A model generated the notes under the pieces. The model saw only the letters and a program-made list of their open reading frames with translations, was not told where the DNA came from and ran no database searches. A stretch of 64,000 bases of DNA. Source: the human T2T-CHM13v2.0 reference genome, Homo sapiens. Below, in pieces: positions 12,736 to 42,901 of the stretch; positions within the stretch are counted from its first letter, which is position 1, and every line of letters starts with the position of its first letter. The translations under genes and the position numbers were made by a program. Location of the stretch: the NCBI RefSeq assembly GCF_009914755.1, contig NC_060925.1. One strand, given 5' to 3'.

Positions 12736-15700
12736 CAGTTTAGATTTCTTAAAGACAGACCCTCAACAAGGGCTCCAGAATGTGTCCAATTACCACCGGC
12801 CACTTATTGGGACTATTAACTCATGTGACAGATATATCATCTCATTTTATCATCACAAGAACTCTATGAAGTATGTACTTTAATCTTCGATTTAATATAG
12901 AAACAACTGACAAATACTGGCTAAAAAGTGCTACTTATTGAGTGGCCTCAAGTGCCAGGCCCAGCCCTGGAGATTCAACACTAAGCAAAGCACAGGATCT
13001 CTGCCTTCATGGAACTTACCTTCTAGTGGGAGAAACAAAAATAAGCAAAAGAAAATAAAAGTTTAACAAGATTATATCTGAATGTGTAAAGTGCTATAAA
13101 GGACATTAAAAGGTTAAATGGGTAAAGAGTCATTCTTAATTAAAAGTCGGAGAGAAGGGGAGTATTTCCAGACAGACTCAGCCTAAATGTGCAGTGAGAA
13201 TCTCTGCAGACTCAAACAGCACAACTCAGGACATCCAAGAACCAGGGTGGACATGCTCTGTCCACAGGGCTACGACAGAAACTCCACTAGGGGCAGACCC
13301 CCTCTATACAGGTGTGCTGTGCGAAGAGTAGCTTGGGGGTGAGGGGGCATAGCCTGCGTGCATCCAGGAAAACTGAGAAAACATAAAGAGGAAACTACAG
13401 ATAGGGTTTGTAAAGCATAAGATCCAGAGGGAAAATGAGATGGAAATACTTATGCTAATATATGTCAAGGAGAACGTTCTTGATGCTTTAGGAGCATTTG
13501 AACCTGCTGTGCATGTAATTTATGTAACAAGCCAGAGCTGCTGTGATCGCACTCCTCTGGCGTTTAGCTATTGGAAGCTATGCAATCTGCTGGCAGTTTG
13601 TCGGTTTGAGTTTACAACGCTGCCTAGCAGAAGCATTTCTTTCTAGATACTCTTCTTGTCATGGTTCCAGGGGTTAACGGGATCAGCTTTCCTCAGGCAT
13701 AGAAAAACGTATTGGTAATAGGATAAAATCCAGTAGATTATGCTTTTTCTGTAATGGTGTAATTTTATTAAAATATCAAACCCTTATTACGATTATTATT
13801 TATTATATATAAAAAGAGATATGGTGTTCAGGGTAAGGACTAAAGCAACACAACCATATCAGTACAAATAGAATAACCCCCTGACTGAACTCAGGCCATC
13901 TCTCCTTCATCCTGTTAAATGAAAACAGCTATATGATGCACACTGTTGTCTTTTCTAGAACGTTCTCCTTACTCCCTCATGCAAAAGCCTTTCTTCTTTG
14001 AGCTTTAAGCCATGCGTTTCAGCCCCCTCTGGCCCTCCTTGTTATCTCTCTACCTTGTAGCCACTCTTTGTCACTCCCTGAGGACACTTGCGCGGGGTAC
14101 ACAGTCCTCCAAGTGCCCACATCTTCCTGTGTGACATTTCTTCAGTCACCCAGACAAGCTGCCTAGCACCTGAGCACTTGGTCTTCCTCTCTGTCTCTTT
14201 ACCTCCTCTCTCCCTCAGCACCTACTGCCCAGGCAATATCTAAGGAATTGTCACTTCACAGGGTTGTACTAATTCTAAAATATCAAACACTGATATACTC
14301 ATCTCTGGCCATAAACCCCTTCCCTCCAGCTCATTCACACCCTTATTCCTACTTCACCAGCCCTTGAAACTCAAATATACACCATATCTTTCCTTTCTCC
14401 CTGGTGCATAACTCCTTGATGATGTAACTTCCTTCCCCATAAAGCCTCATCTTTCTATCAGTCTATCCAGCAGAGATTTATGGAGTCCTTACTATGTGCA
14501 GGTGCTGATCTAAGCACAAACATCAAGCCTGGTCACTTTATGGAGCTTACACCTTGTGGAAGCATCAGACAAACCAATAATACTTGCAATACAGCAACAG
14601 GAGAACATACAGAGCTCTGAGCTAGAATAAAGATTAAAGTGTGTCATTTCTGTTGCCCTCTAACAATCATTTTCAACATTCAGCCCTCTTGTCTTACTAC
14701 TCCATGGCTCCCAAAAGTCCACTCTAACTTTGGATATTGTGGATCAACCCAAAGACTCACTCTTAGAGAAAAAAAAAAAAATCACATAAACCTGCCAAGT
14801 GTTCTTACTGCAAATTAATGGTTTCTAATTTCAGGCTAGCCTGTAGCTAAGGCTTCCATGTACAGTTGAGGTTGTAAACTTCGCAACCCTTGGAATATCA
14901 TTCAGGTAAACTATCATGAGAATATTATTGGTGTCTCTACTCTTGTGCATTACATAAGCTAGGCAACCATATGTAGTAGCTTCAACCACAGTAATATTTT
15001 TATGGAGGTTTTTATTTGGTTGGTTAATTGGTTGACTGGTTGGTTTTTGATTAGCTCCTTTTATAATGTGCTATTATAGCTGTTCCAACTTTTCATACTC
15101 AATTTCAAAAGGTACCCCAGCTTTTATTTGACCCAGATAATCAAAACTATCAAATATCAACTCCCTCACAATCTTTCTCCCACACCTATTATTATTCCTA
15201 TACCTATAGCTACCTTTCTATTTTCTTAGAGCAAAGGGTGAGACTTTTCCATTTTAAGGCTAAGCCCTCCAGCTCTGCTCTGGATTCCCTATCTTAAGGA
15301 ACTCTATCACGTGAATATAAAGTATTTTGCTCCCTCCAGGCACAGACCATTTTCTGGAAATACAAATTCACACTTGGCCTCAACCTCCTCACCACTCAGG
15401 TTGAACCCAGGGCAAGCTGGCATCCACCCTCAGCACCCACGTGGGCTGTTCTCACCATAAGATTTCTATTAGATATACCGAAAGAAGCTTTTCAATCCTT
15501 GTGTATTTGCTGACAATTATCTTTCTCAAAATTTTGTCTTACCCTGGCTTCTGTGAAAACTCTCTCTTGGTTTTGCTCCAACTTTTCTGGCAATCTGGAT
15601 CTCTCCCTTTCGCTGCATTTCCATAGCCCTCGTCTTCTCTTGCACGGAATACTCCAAAGCATTTCAGTTGGTCTCCCTGGCTCAGGTGTAACCTCCTCCA

Positions 15701-16199
15701 ATCTGTCTCCATAAATAGAAATTCAGGATTCTTTCTAAAATTTTAATCGAATCCCGTCGTTTCCTGGCAGGAAATCCTCCAGTGGCTTTCCAGTGCCTAC
15801 GAGTAAAATTCACACCCCCTGGGATGGCATTCAAAACCCTCTCTTATCCAGAACCTTCGATCTCTTACTTCTACTCTGCCTCTCTCCCTACTGACCTCTT
15901 TCACTGCCAGCTCCAGATACATTGAACTACTTGCAGTTCTCCTTATTCTTTCCTTTGCCTTCATAACTTAGCATAAGAGGTTCTCTTTTTAATTATACTT
16001 TCGGTTCTAGGGTACATGTGTACAATGTGCAGGTTTGTTATATAGGTATACATGTGCCATGTTGGTTTTCTGCACCCATCAACTCGTCATTTACATTAGG
16101 TATTTCTCCAAATGCTATCTCTCCCCCAGCCTCCCAGCCCCCCATCCCAAGACAGGCCCCAGTGTGTGATGTTCCCCGCCTTGTGTCCAAGTGTTCTCA

Positions 16200-20035
<3,836 letters not shown>

Positions 20036-20098
20036 TATGATGGTAGCTGGTTATTTTGCTCATTAATTGATGCAGTTTCTTCATAGCATCAATGATCT

Positions 20099-21119
20099 TT
20101 ACAATTTGGCATGTTTTTGTAGTGGCTGGTACTGTTGTTCCTTTCCATGTTTAGTGCTTCCTTCAGGAGCTCTTGTAAGGCAGGCCTGGTGGTGACAAAA
20201 TCTCTCAGCATTTGCTTGTCTGTAAAGGATTTTATTTCTCCTTCACTTATGAAACTTAGTTTGGCTGGATATGAAATTCTGGGTTGAAAATTCTTTTAAG
20301 AATGTTGAATATTGGGCCCCACTCTCTTCTGGCTTGTAGGGTTTCTGCTGAGAGATCTGCTGTTAGTCTGACAGGCGTCCCTTTGTGGGTAACTTGACCT
20401 TTCACTCTGATTGCCCTTAACATTTTTTCCTTCATTTCAACGTTGGTGAATCTGACAATTATGTGACTTGGGGTTGCTCTTCTCAAAAAGTATCTTTGTG
20501 GGGTTCTCTGTATTTCCTGAATTTGAATGTTGGCCTGCCTTGCCTGGTTGGGGAAGTTCTTCTGGATAATATCCTTCAGAGTGTTTTCCAACCTGGTTCC
20601 ATTCTCCCCATCACTTTCAGGTACACCAATCAAACGTAGATTTGGTCTTTTCACATAGTCCCAAATTTCTTGGAGGCTTTGTTCATTTCTTTTTACTCTT
20701 TTTTCTCTAATCTTGTCTTCTTGCTTTACTTCATTAATTTGATCTTCAATCACTGATATCCTTTCTTCCACTTGATCAAATTGGCTACTGAAGCTTGCGC
20801 ATGCATCACAAAGTTCTCCTACCACGGTTTTCAACTCCATCAGGTCATTTAGGGTCTTCTCTACACTGTTTATTCTAGGTAGCCATTCGTCTAACCTTTT
20901 TTCAAGGTTTTTAGCTTCCTTGCGATGGGTTAGAACATGCTCCTTTAGCTCAGATAACTTTGTTATTACCGGCCTTCTGAAGCCTACTTCTGTCAACTTG
21001 TCAAAGTTATTCTCCATCCAGCTTTGTTCCATTTCTGGTGAGGAGCTGCGATCCTTTGGAGGAGAAAATGTGCTCTGGTTTTTAGAATTTTCAGCTTTTC
21101 TGCTCTGGTTTCTCCCCAT
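20099..21119 (-). pseudogene. L1 ORF1p (RNA chaperone), frameshifted near the C-terminus
   Basis: 287-aa ORF with coiled coil and WDYVKRPNLRLIGVPE/ARREW motifs; leaves frame after FNILK. Confidence 0.93.
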
Positions 21120-22384
21120 CTTTGTAGTTTTTATCTACCTTTGGTCTCTGATGTTGGTGACCAATAAATGAGGTTTTGGTGTGGATGTCCTTTTTGTTGA
21201 TATTGATGTTATTCCTTTCTGTTTGTTAGTTTTCCTTCTAACAGTCAGGTCTCTCAGCTGCAGGTCTGTTGGAGCTTGCTGGAGGTCCACTCCAGACCCT
21301 GTATGCCTGAGTATCACCAGCAGAGGCTGCAGAACAGCAAATATTGCTGCCTGATCCTTCCTCTGGAAGCTTTGTCCCAGAGGGGCACCCGCCTATATGA
21401 GGTGTCTGTCAGTCCCTACTGGGAGGTGTGTCCCAGTTAGGCCACATGGGGGCCAGGGACCCACTTGAGGAGGCAGGCCGTCCGTTCTCAGAGCTCAAAC
21501 GCCATGCTGGGAGAACCACTGCTCTCTTCAGAGCTGACAGACATAGATGTTTAAGTCTGCAGAAGTTGTCTACTGCCTTTTGTTCAGCTATGCCCTGTCC
21601 ACAGAGGTGGAGTCTAGAGGCAGTAGGCCTTGTTGAGCTGCAGTTCGAGCTTCCCAGCCACTTTATTTACCTACTCAAGCCTTAGCAATGGCAGACGCCC
21701 CTACATGCCCCCACAGGCTGCAGCCTCACAGGTCAATCTCAGACTGCTGCACTAGCAGTGAGCAAGGCTCCATGGGCATGGGACCCACTGATCCAGGCAT
21801 AGGAGAGAATCTCCTGGTCTGCCAGTTGCTAAGACCATGAGAAAAGCACAGTATTTAGGCGGGAATGTACCAATCTTCCAGGGACAGTCTGTCATGGCTT
21901 CCCTTGGCTAGGAAAGGGAAATCCCCCGACCCTTTGCACTTCCCAGGTGAGGCAATGCCCCGCCCTGCTTCAGCTCGCCCTCCATGGGCTATACCCACTG
22001 TCCAACCAGTCCCAATGAGATGAACCAGGTACCTCAGTTGGAAATGCAGAAATCACCCGTCTTCTACATCAATCATGCTGGGAACTGCAGACTGGAGCTG
22101 TTCCTATTTGGCCATCTTGGAATGGACAAGAGGCTCTCTTTGCCAGAAATGTTCTTTATCACCAGCAACATTTTATTAAATTTATTACTTAATGTTCACA
22201 TGCATAAAATAATTATGAAATGTATATGTCACATAAAAACAATGAATCCACTATGCAGCCTGAGGACTAGAACATCACCAATTTTAATTGCATCTACCCA
22301 TGTGCTCTTTCCCAGCCTCCTCCAAGAAGTAACTATTACCTATATCATAAATTTTAGGTTTCCATTTCTCTTGCTTTACATAAA

Positions 22385-24480
<2,096 letters not shown>

Positions 24481-25267
24481 CCTCCTGTCCCCTGCTATCT
24501 CTCCATTTTTAACAAATGTACAGATCCTTAAATAATGTTATTTAGTTTTTATTGTTCTTAAGCTTTATAAACACACTATATGTTATGCAATCCCCTGGGT
24601 TTTATTTAATTTTATTCAATGTCATGTTGTTAACCATCAATCATGCTGCTGCAGATAACTATAGTTTATTCATTTTTAGCACTGGATAACATTCCATTGG
24701 GTGAATATACCACCCAATGGAATTTTATTTCATATTGATGGAGATCTGGGTTGTTTCCAGGTTTTTAATCATAAAAACAATGCTGCTATGAGCATCCTTG
24801 AACATGCCCCTGATGCAACTTTGCATGAGACTCTAGGGATGAGTCTCATACCTAGGAATAAGATTGCTAGATTTTATACTGTCTTGTCACATGCTTGTTA
24901 TTTCAGGTTCTCAGACTTTTTACATTTTGTGATCTATTGAGCATCTAACAGTATCTAGTTGCAGTCTTATTTGTGTTTCTCTGGTTACATATGAGGTAAA
25001 GTATCGTTTCGTATGTTGGTAGTCATTTGTGCTTCCTCTTCAGTGTGATGGCTGCTCACGTGTTTTGCCTATTAATTTACTGGGTTCTTTGCCATTTTCT
25101 TATTGCTTTGTGGAACTTTTCTTTAAAAAAGTATTCCCAAATCGTAACTTATCTTTTCATTTTCTTCATGCTGTCTCTGCTGAATAGAAATTCTTAATTG
25201 TAATGTGGTCAAATGCATCAAATTTACATTAGCTTTTTTTGGTAACTGCCTTAAGAAACCCTCTACT

Positions 25268-29436
<4,169 letters not shown>

Positions 29437-29940
29437 AAGATACCCTCTGCTATGCAAAGGATATAAGGGGTTTTCCTAAAAGTTTGAAAGTTTTGCCTTT
29501 CACACTTAAGACAAATGACTTAAGCTTTTATTTTATCTGAAGCTTCTTGTTTACATGTGATATGAGGGAGAAAAAAAATCACTTTATCTCTACAAATAAT
29601 CAAATATCCCAGAACCAGTTATTGAGTGGTCCTTCCTTACCCTAGTGACCTGTGATGCTACCTTTATTCTTCATATTTCCTGATATACGGATCTGTTTCT
29701 CTTCAGTTCCATCTGTCAATTTGTCTATCCTGAATCAATACCATATTGTCCCAATTATTAGGTTATAAGAAGTCTTAATTTCTGTCAGAGAATATCCTTT
29801 CACTTAATTTTTCTTCATTCGTTTCTTCCTTCGCAATCCTTACAACTATTTCTTTTTTCTCTCTTACTGTATTGGTTAGGAATTTGAACAAAATATTGAC
29901 TTGAAGCTATGACAGTGAACATTGTCTTGTTCTCAATTTT

Positions 29941-30968
<1,028 letters not shown>

Positions 30969-31966
30969 TTACAATGATGTTTTCAGAAGATTTTTAGTAG
31001 ATATTCCTTATCAAATTAAGGACATCCCTTTTTATTCCTAATTTGCTAAGAGCTTTTATCAGGAAATGTTTTTGACTTTTTGCCTTCTCTGCATCTTTAA
31101 TTATACGGATTATTTCCTTTCATCTGTTAATGTAATAAATCAGATTTATAAATTTTCTAATATTAAACCACCTGTATATTCTTGGAATAAATTCAACTTT
31201 ATTATGACACATTACCTTTTCTGTACATTATGAATTCTTATTTACTCTTTTTTGGTTATAAATTTTTCATCCATCCTCATGAGTGAGGTTAACCTATAAT
31301 TTTACTTTTCTACACCATGCTTATGTGTTTTGGTTTTGTGATTTTACTGATCTTACAGAATGAATTGAGAATATTCCTTCTTTCTCTATTACCTGAAAAA
31401 CTTTACATATAAAAACTTTTTATATAAAACTTTATATAAGACTAGAATAATATATATCTTGAAAATTTGGTAGCACTCATCTATAAAATCACCTGGTACT
31501 TACATTTTCTTCATTAGAAGTTATATGCCACTTCAATTATTAACAATTATAGGGCAATAAGTTTTTCTATTATTTTAATTGAGTCGTTTATCTCCCCTAG
31601 GAATTTTATTATTTGGTCTAAGTTTTCAAACATACTGCTCTAAATGCTTAATTTTCTCTTACTGTCTTCTAAAACTCTATTATATTTGTAGAACTGCCTT
31701 GATTTAGGCCTAACGTTGTTTGGTCTGAGCCTTCTCACCAAAGTTTTATCATTTTTGTGAGTCTTTTCAAACAATCAACTTTTGATATTGCTAATCTTGC
31801 CTGTGTATTTTTTTAAATCTTTAATTTCTACTTTCATCTTTAGCTTCCTCCTACTTTTAAATAATTTGTTTTTTTAAACTATCATTGAATGCTTGTTATT
31901 TTTAAATCTTTCTTCTTTGATATCTTAAATTTCCATCTAAGTAATGTCTTAGCCTCATCCCACAAC

Positions 31967-33345
<1,379 letters not shown>

Positions 33346-33421
33346 TAGCATTTTCATCATCTTATATGTCTAAATATTTTCTAATCCCTATTATTCTTCT
33401 GTGACCCATAAGTTATTTAGA

Positions 33422-33835
33422 GCATTGTGTAGTTGAGTCCATTCACACTAGCTCAAGAAAGCAATTGTTAAATTTTCAGAAATTTTGAAAGCTGGTTGCT
33501 AAACACAGTCATTATTGAAAATAAAATTATATGAACTTAAAATCAAATTAGTTACATCAAAATCCAAGGTAATAAATACTCAAGGCACATTACCTCCTAT
33601 TTTACTGCATTTTACTATTATCGATGCTTTCAAGATTATTCTATCTATGTATCTGGATGGTGAAAATATTACACAATGTTGTGCTACCGTGCATCTCTTC
33701 CTAACAGATATTCAGTGCAGTCTTGTGGGTAACCTGAAATCAGCGATGGAAAAGGTATTTATGTCATAGAAATTAGCAAAATCTAAAAGTCAGGACATTT
33801 TTTCCTTCTGGAGAATGAGTTGTTCAATATTTGTA
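33422..33835 (+). mobile_element. MER63-like hAT-Blackjack DNA transposon fossil
   Basis: ATTGTTAAATTTTCAGAAATTTTGAAAGCTGGTTGCTAAACACAGTCATTATT...GGTAATAAATACTCAA matches remembered MER63B. Confidence 0.75.
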
Positions 33836-36204
33836 CATTTTTATATTATCTGAACTTATTTTCTGGTATACATTGTATATATTATATATGTACTTTATGT
33901 ATATATACTTCATACTTAAAGATATATATACTTCATACTTAAAGAAGCTTTTAAAATGTTACATGCTAAGAGAAATGGTGGATTTAGTGTGCATATAATC
34001 CATTATTATGTCTTTAACAAATACATGTGATGAGTAACATGCAGTAGTTACCCCTCTTCAGGGGTCAAGGGAAGGTGCAGAAAAGACCCAACAGTCCTTA
34101 AAAATCCACTCAGATGCAAATGCCTGTGACCTTATGTGAGCACTCTAAGTTCTATTTATGCTACATTGGTGAATGCTTCCTACACAACTTTAAAACAGAG
34201 GGGTTTTTTTCCCTATTATTTTTCCCAAAACACCACCCACCAAGTTCTAATTATAATATCATATATTTGAATCATGCTTTATGAGTTACAAAGCATTTTT
34301 TAATATAGTATCTCTTGATCCTTACAAGGACCCCATGAGGCAGGTATTAGCACCTAAAAGGCTGCCTCCCATTCTGGTTTCTAAGACTTGCAGACTAGAT
34401 TGTGCTTCCTCATAACTTTTGTCAATTTAGACTTTAATTCTGTCCCACTCCACTTTCATAATTCCAGACCAAGGAGTTTTAATCCTTTTGTTGGTCTTCA
34501 TGCAGAAACCTCTCACTCTCTTTAATGATTTCAGTTGCCCTAAAGTTCCTTTTTTAAAAAAAGCTTACTTATACATTGGGAAAGAAAAAAGATAAAACCC
34601 TGCTTTTAACAAAGAGGCAATCAAAATTGGCAAGCCAGTTCGTTTTCTGATGAAGACAATCATTGTAAAAGGCAGTAAAATGATAGATTTTAAAAATTCA
34701 TTTCTCATTGCAACAGAAAATGTCATTAGGGCAACAGTCATTTCAGTGATAGAACACAATGAAATCATGCCTGCTTCACTGGAAAAAGTCTATATCTACT
34801 GGTTAAATGTGTATTCAAGTCAGAGGAGGGCTAGAATGCATTCACAGCAGTAATAAATCTAGATGGTTCTTCAAGCAACAAGAAAATCTCAGCCTGAAGT
34901 CTTAAGAAAAACCTCTATAACAAATCCTTTCTACAATCTTGCTTGAGTTTGAGCACTGACTTGAGTATTGTCTCATCTTTCTCCTTCCATTCACTACCAA
35001 ACGTCTCAAAAAAAAAAAAAAAAAAGTAAAACTGGCTGTTTGCCTCCCATCTACTCACTCTTCTACCCTTTGTCATGAGGCATCCATCATTCTATTTCAT
35101 CTGCTATCTCAAAATTCATGACTCCTAATCATGAACTTCAATGACTCTTCCTCATTCTGTAGCACCCACATGCATATGATTCCCATAGCTACCCTTTTAG
35201 CCCAACTTCTCTCCAAAGTTCTACATGTTAATATCATTCTGACCTTTGGACATTTCAACCTGAAAGTCACACTGGCACTTCAAATTCAACATATCCCAAA
35301 GTGAAATAACATTTCTCAAATACTTATATTTGATGCTCAATAATGTAACAAAATATGAGATCGATCACCTTCTAAGCATATACAGCCCCTAGACCCATTC
35401 TCTTTATATCTATACTATCTTTCGGTTAATGGAGTCAACATCTTCTAAGACAGAAATTCAAGGTCAACAAAGACTCTTTCTCTCAATTCTATACCTAATC
35501 AACCATGAAATCATGTCAACTGAACATTTCAAACATGATTCCCATCCATATAGCTATCCTTTCGTTTCTAGTCAAACTTAAATGACTCCAATTCCATTTG
35601 TCACTTTTTTTCTTCTCAGAGTCACATTTATTTTGTGGCAAGAGTAATGAAATTGTTTAAAGGAAGGGAAAGTCAACTGTAATTTCATTGACCTTACCAG
35701 GTAATGTTTCCTTCCAGTGTAGGTATAGTATATATAATTTTATACAGTTTAACTATAGCAAACTTACAATTTTAAAGCTGATTTTCTTTGATGAAAATAA
35801 TATACATATTTACCACCAATGTCATTAGTCATTGCAGCTATTTTTAAGTGGAAACATCAACAAAATGATGTCTTAACCATTTCACTATTATGAGAATAGA
35901 TTGTTTACAGTGTTACATATTTAAAGATAATGCTGCAACAAATATTCCAGGCACATGGGATTTTTTTCCTTTGAATTATTTCAAATGAATATTTTTAAGA
36001 TAGGTTCAACATTTTACATTAATTTATTAATGTATTTTTCTTGCCATCTATTACTGAGTTATTTTCCCAAAGGTTTGCAACAATTTTCAGAGTATGAGTT
36101 TGTCAGTTTCACCACAGCCTCCCCAGAAATATATGCAGTTCAATGATTACTTTCTCTCTCTCTCTTCCCTTCCCTCCTCTCTCTCACCCTTCTTAATGAT
36201 AAAG

Positions 36205-37314
<1,110 letters not shown>

Positions 37315-39538
37315 TCTTGCTAGCTGTCTATCAATTTTGTTGATCTTTTCAAAAAACCAGCTCCTGGATTCAGATAATCCTAAGCCAAAAGAACAAAGCT
37401 GGAGGCATCACACTACCTGACTTCAAACTATGCTACAAGGCTACAGTAACCAAAACAGCATGGTACTGGTACCAAAACAGAGATGTAGACCAATGGAACA
37501 GAACAGAGCCTTCAGGAATAATACCACACATCTACAACCATCTGATCTTTGACAAACCTGACAAAAAAGAAGAAATGGGGAAAGGATTCCCTATTTAATA
37601 AATGGTGATGGGGAAACTGGCTAGCCATATGTAGAAAGCTGAAACTGGATCCCTTCCTTACACCTTATACAACAATTAATTGAAGATGGATTAAAGACTT
37701 ATATGTTAGACCTAAAGCCATAAAAACTCTAGAAGAAAACCTAGGCAACACCATTCAGGACATGGGCATAGGCAAGGACTTCACATCTAAAACACCAAAA
37801 GCAATGGCAACAAAAGCCAAAATTGACAAATGGGATCTAATTAAACTAAAGAGCTTCTGCACAGCAAAAGAAACTACCATCAGAGTGAACAGGCAACCTA
37901 CAGAATGGGAGAAAATTTTTGCAGTCTACTCATCTGACAAAGGGCTAATATCCAGAATCTACAAACAACTCAAACAAACTTACAAGAAAAAAACAAACAA
38001 CCCCATCAAAAAGTAGGCGAAGGATATGAACAGACACTTCTCAAAAGAAGACATTTATGCAGCCAATACACACATGAAAAAATGCTCATCATCACTGGCT
38101 ATCAGAGAAACGCAAATCAAAACCACAATGAGATACCATCTCACACCAGTTAGAATGGCAATCATTAAAAAGTCAGGAAACAACAGGTGCTGGAGAGGAT
38201 ATGGAGAAATAGGAACATTTTACACTTTTGGTGGGACTGTAAACGAGTTCAACCATTGTGGAAGACAGTGTGGTGATTCCTCAAGGATCTAGAACTAGAA
38301 ATACCATTTGACCCAGCCATCCCATTACTGGGTACATACCCAAAGGATTATAAATCATGCTGCTATAAAGACACATGCACATGTATGTTTACTGCGGCAC
38401 TATTCACAATAGCAAAGACTTGGAACCAACCCAAATGTCCATCAATGATAGACTAGATTAAGAAAATGTGGCACATACAATGAGATACCATCTCACACCA
38501 GTTGGAATGGCGATTATTAAAAAGTCAAGAAACAACAGGTGCTGGAGAGGATGTGGAGAAATAGGAACACTTTTACACTGTTGGTGGGACTGTAAACTAG
38601 TTCAACCATTGCGGAAGTCAGTGTGGCGATTCCTCAGGGATCTAGAACTAGAAATACCATTTGACCCAGCCATCCCATTACTGGGTATATACCCAAAGGA
38701 TTATAAATCATGCTGCTATAAAGACACATGCACATGTATGTTTACTGCGGCACTATTCACAATAGCAAAGACTTGGAACCAACCCAAATGTCCGTCAATG
38801 ACAGACTGGATTAAGAATACGTGGCACATACAATGAGATACCATCTCACACCAGTTAGAATGGGGATTATTAAAAAGTCAAGAAACAACAGGTGCTGGAG
38901 AGGATGTGGAGAAATAGGAACACTTTTACACTGTTGGTGGGACTGTAAACTAGTTCAACCATTGTGGAAGTCAGTGTGGCGATTCCTCAGGGATCTAGAA
39001 CTAGAAATACCATTTGACCCAGCCATCCCATTACTGGGTATATACCCAAAGGATTATAAAACATGCTCCTATAAAGACACATGCACATGTATGTTTATTG
39101 TGGCACTATTCACAATAGCAAAGACTTGGAACCAACCCAAATGTCCAAAAATGATAGACTGGTGGCACATATACACCATGGAATACTAAGCAGCCATGAA
39201 AAAGGATGAGTTCATGTCCTTTGTAGGGATATGGATGAAGCCAGAAACCATCATTCTCAGCAAACTATTGCAAGGACAAAAAACCAAACACCACATGTTC
39301 TCACTCATAGGTGGGAACTGAACAATGAGAACACTAGGACACAGGAAGGGGAACATCACACACTGGGGCCTGTCGTGAGGTCGGGGGAGTGGGGAGGGAT
39401 AGCATTAGGAGATATACCTAATGTAAATGATGAGTTGATGGGTGCAGCACACCAACATGGCACATGTATACATATGTAACAAACCTGCACGTTGTGCACT
39501 TGTACCCTAGAACTTAAAGTATAATTTAAAAAAAAAAA
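37315..39538 (+). mobile_element. Rearranged L1 (L1PA5-like 3' end) with a 58-bp inverted 5' piece and a 353-bp triplication
   Basis: 37315-37372 is antisense ORF2. Sense ORF2 and 3'UTR run 37373-39538 with poly(A). The unit CAATGAGATACC...GTGGCACATA occurs three times. No TSD seen. Confidence 0.93.
38126..39171 (+). repeat. Tandem triplication of about 353 bp of the L1 ORF2 C-terminal (Cys-rich) segment
   Basis: Units start at 38126, 38478 and 38831. Both junctions read GTGGCACATACAATGAGATACC. Confidence 0.96.
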
Positions 39539-39540
39539 CC

Positions 39541-41520
<1,980 letters not shown>

Positions 41521-42901
41521 TCCATATTTTCAAATTCTCATTATTGTTTCATTTAGCATTTTTAATTATTAGTAACGTTGAACATTTTCTGGTTTATATT
41601 TCCCATTGAGTGAATTTTCCATTCTCCTGTTTCACTTCTTCATATCTGGATATGTTTCTCATCTCTGTGAATTTATTATAGATGTATGTTTGATATAATA
41701 AACTCAATTATTTTTCTCATGTCATTTTTATAATTTTTCCTCAGGAGCTTTTTATTTCAAGCATTAGAGTGTTTTCTGGTCTTTGAAGCCTGAGAAAGTT
41801 CCCAGTTACTCTTTACCCAAACCAGTTATAGTGGCTTATCAATCAATTCCCCAGTTTCTCATCTTCAGCACACCCTATGTAATGCTTTTCTTATACAGGC
41901 AAGATAACCATTAAGTGCTAATGAATTCAATTATTTCTGACAGGAAATTCATGCTAACAGGAGGCAATATTAATTAGGGAAATCTAAATTTTGAAATATA
42001 TGCAGTTTTATTGTATTAATTGTAATATCTTTAGCTTCTGACAAGGTAACACCAAGATGTTGTGGACAAATATTTACTAATTATGACATTTGTAACTTAG
42101 CAACATTATTAACATGTCACAAAATGCTTAATTATTTCAGGCATTTAGATTAAATATGCTTTTTCCTTCTATGTTCACTTCTTCCATTTCATTTACCCTT
42201 GAAATGGCTTCCTTCATGGTTGGCAAACTGTAGTCCAAGCTTTGTCTGAAACCATTGCTAAGTGAGTACAATATGAAATTGGAAACTAGACAAGGTATAT
42301 GAGCTCAACTACAAACCTGATCCCCAGATGCAGGTTAAGACATGATGATGCAGCCATAATGAAGAGGAGCATGTAAGGCCCATAATCAGAAAAGATCACC
42401 TGTGTAATGGGTGTTCACAAGAATCTACATGCTGATAACAGGATTTGCTGCCTTAAGTTACCTTCCCAGAACTAACTTGCCCTAACAGGAGATTTACAGG
42501 CAGCATGATATTGAGAGCCTGATGTGTCTACCCTCCAATGCACTAACAGGAAACAATCAATCTAGGAGGTTATGAGGGTAAAAGCCTTTAAACTAAGAAA
42601 CTGCAATATTAACAAAAGTATGTTGATGAAAGATACTATAGAAATAGCATATGCAAATGAACTGGTGGGTCAGCAGAAAGCCCAGAGGAAAGAAAAGCAT
42701 CATTTGCACTGCATTATATGATCCAAGGCTGAAAGAGATTCTGTTTGTTGCACTTGAATTGTCATGAGAATAGTATGAGCAGTATTAGGGAGAGAGAGTC
42801 CATCCAGTTCTCTGGTTCTCCAGAAAGGGGTGGCACTGGATATATATTGAGAAGCAACAAATAAGAAGCTATGAGATGGGACATCACAATGTATTAGACA
42901 A

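Noticed and set aside
38126-39171. CRISPR-like or satellite array
   Set aside because: The units are L1 ORF2 sequence with no unique spacers, in a eukaryotic context.
42250-42700. Coding-looking purine-rich stretch (possible processed pseudogene)
   Set aside because: The frame I translated hits stops quickly, the ORF track lists no ORF here, and I recognise no homologue.
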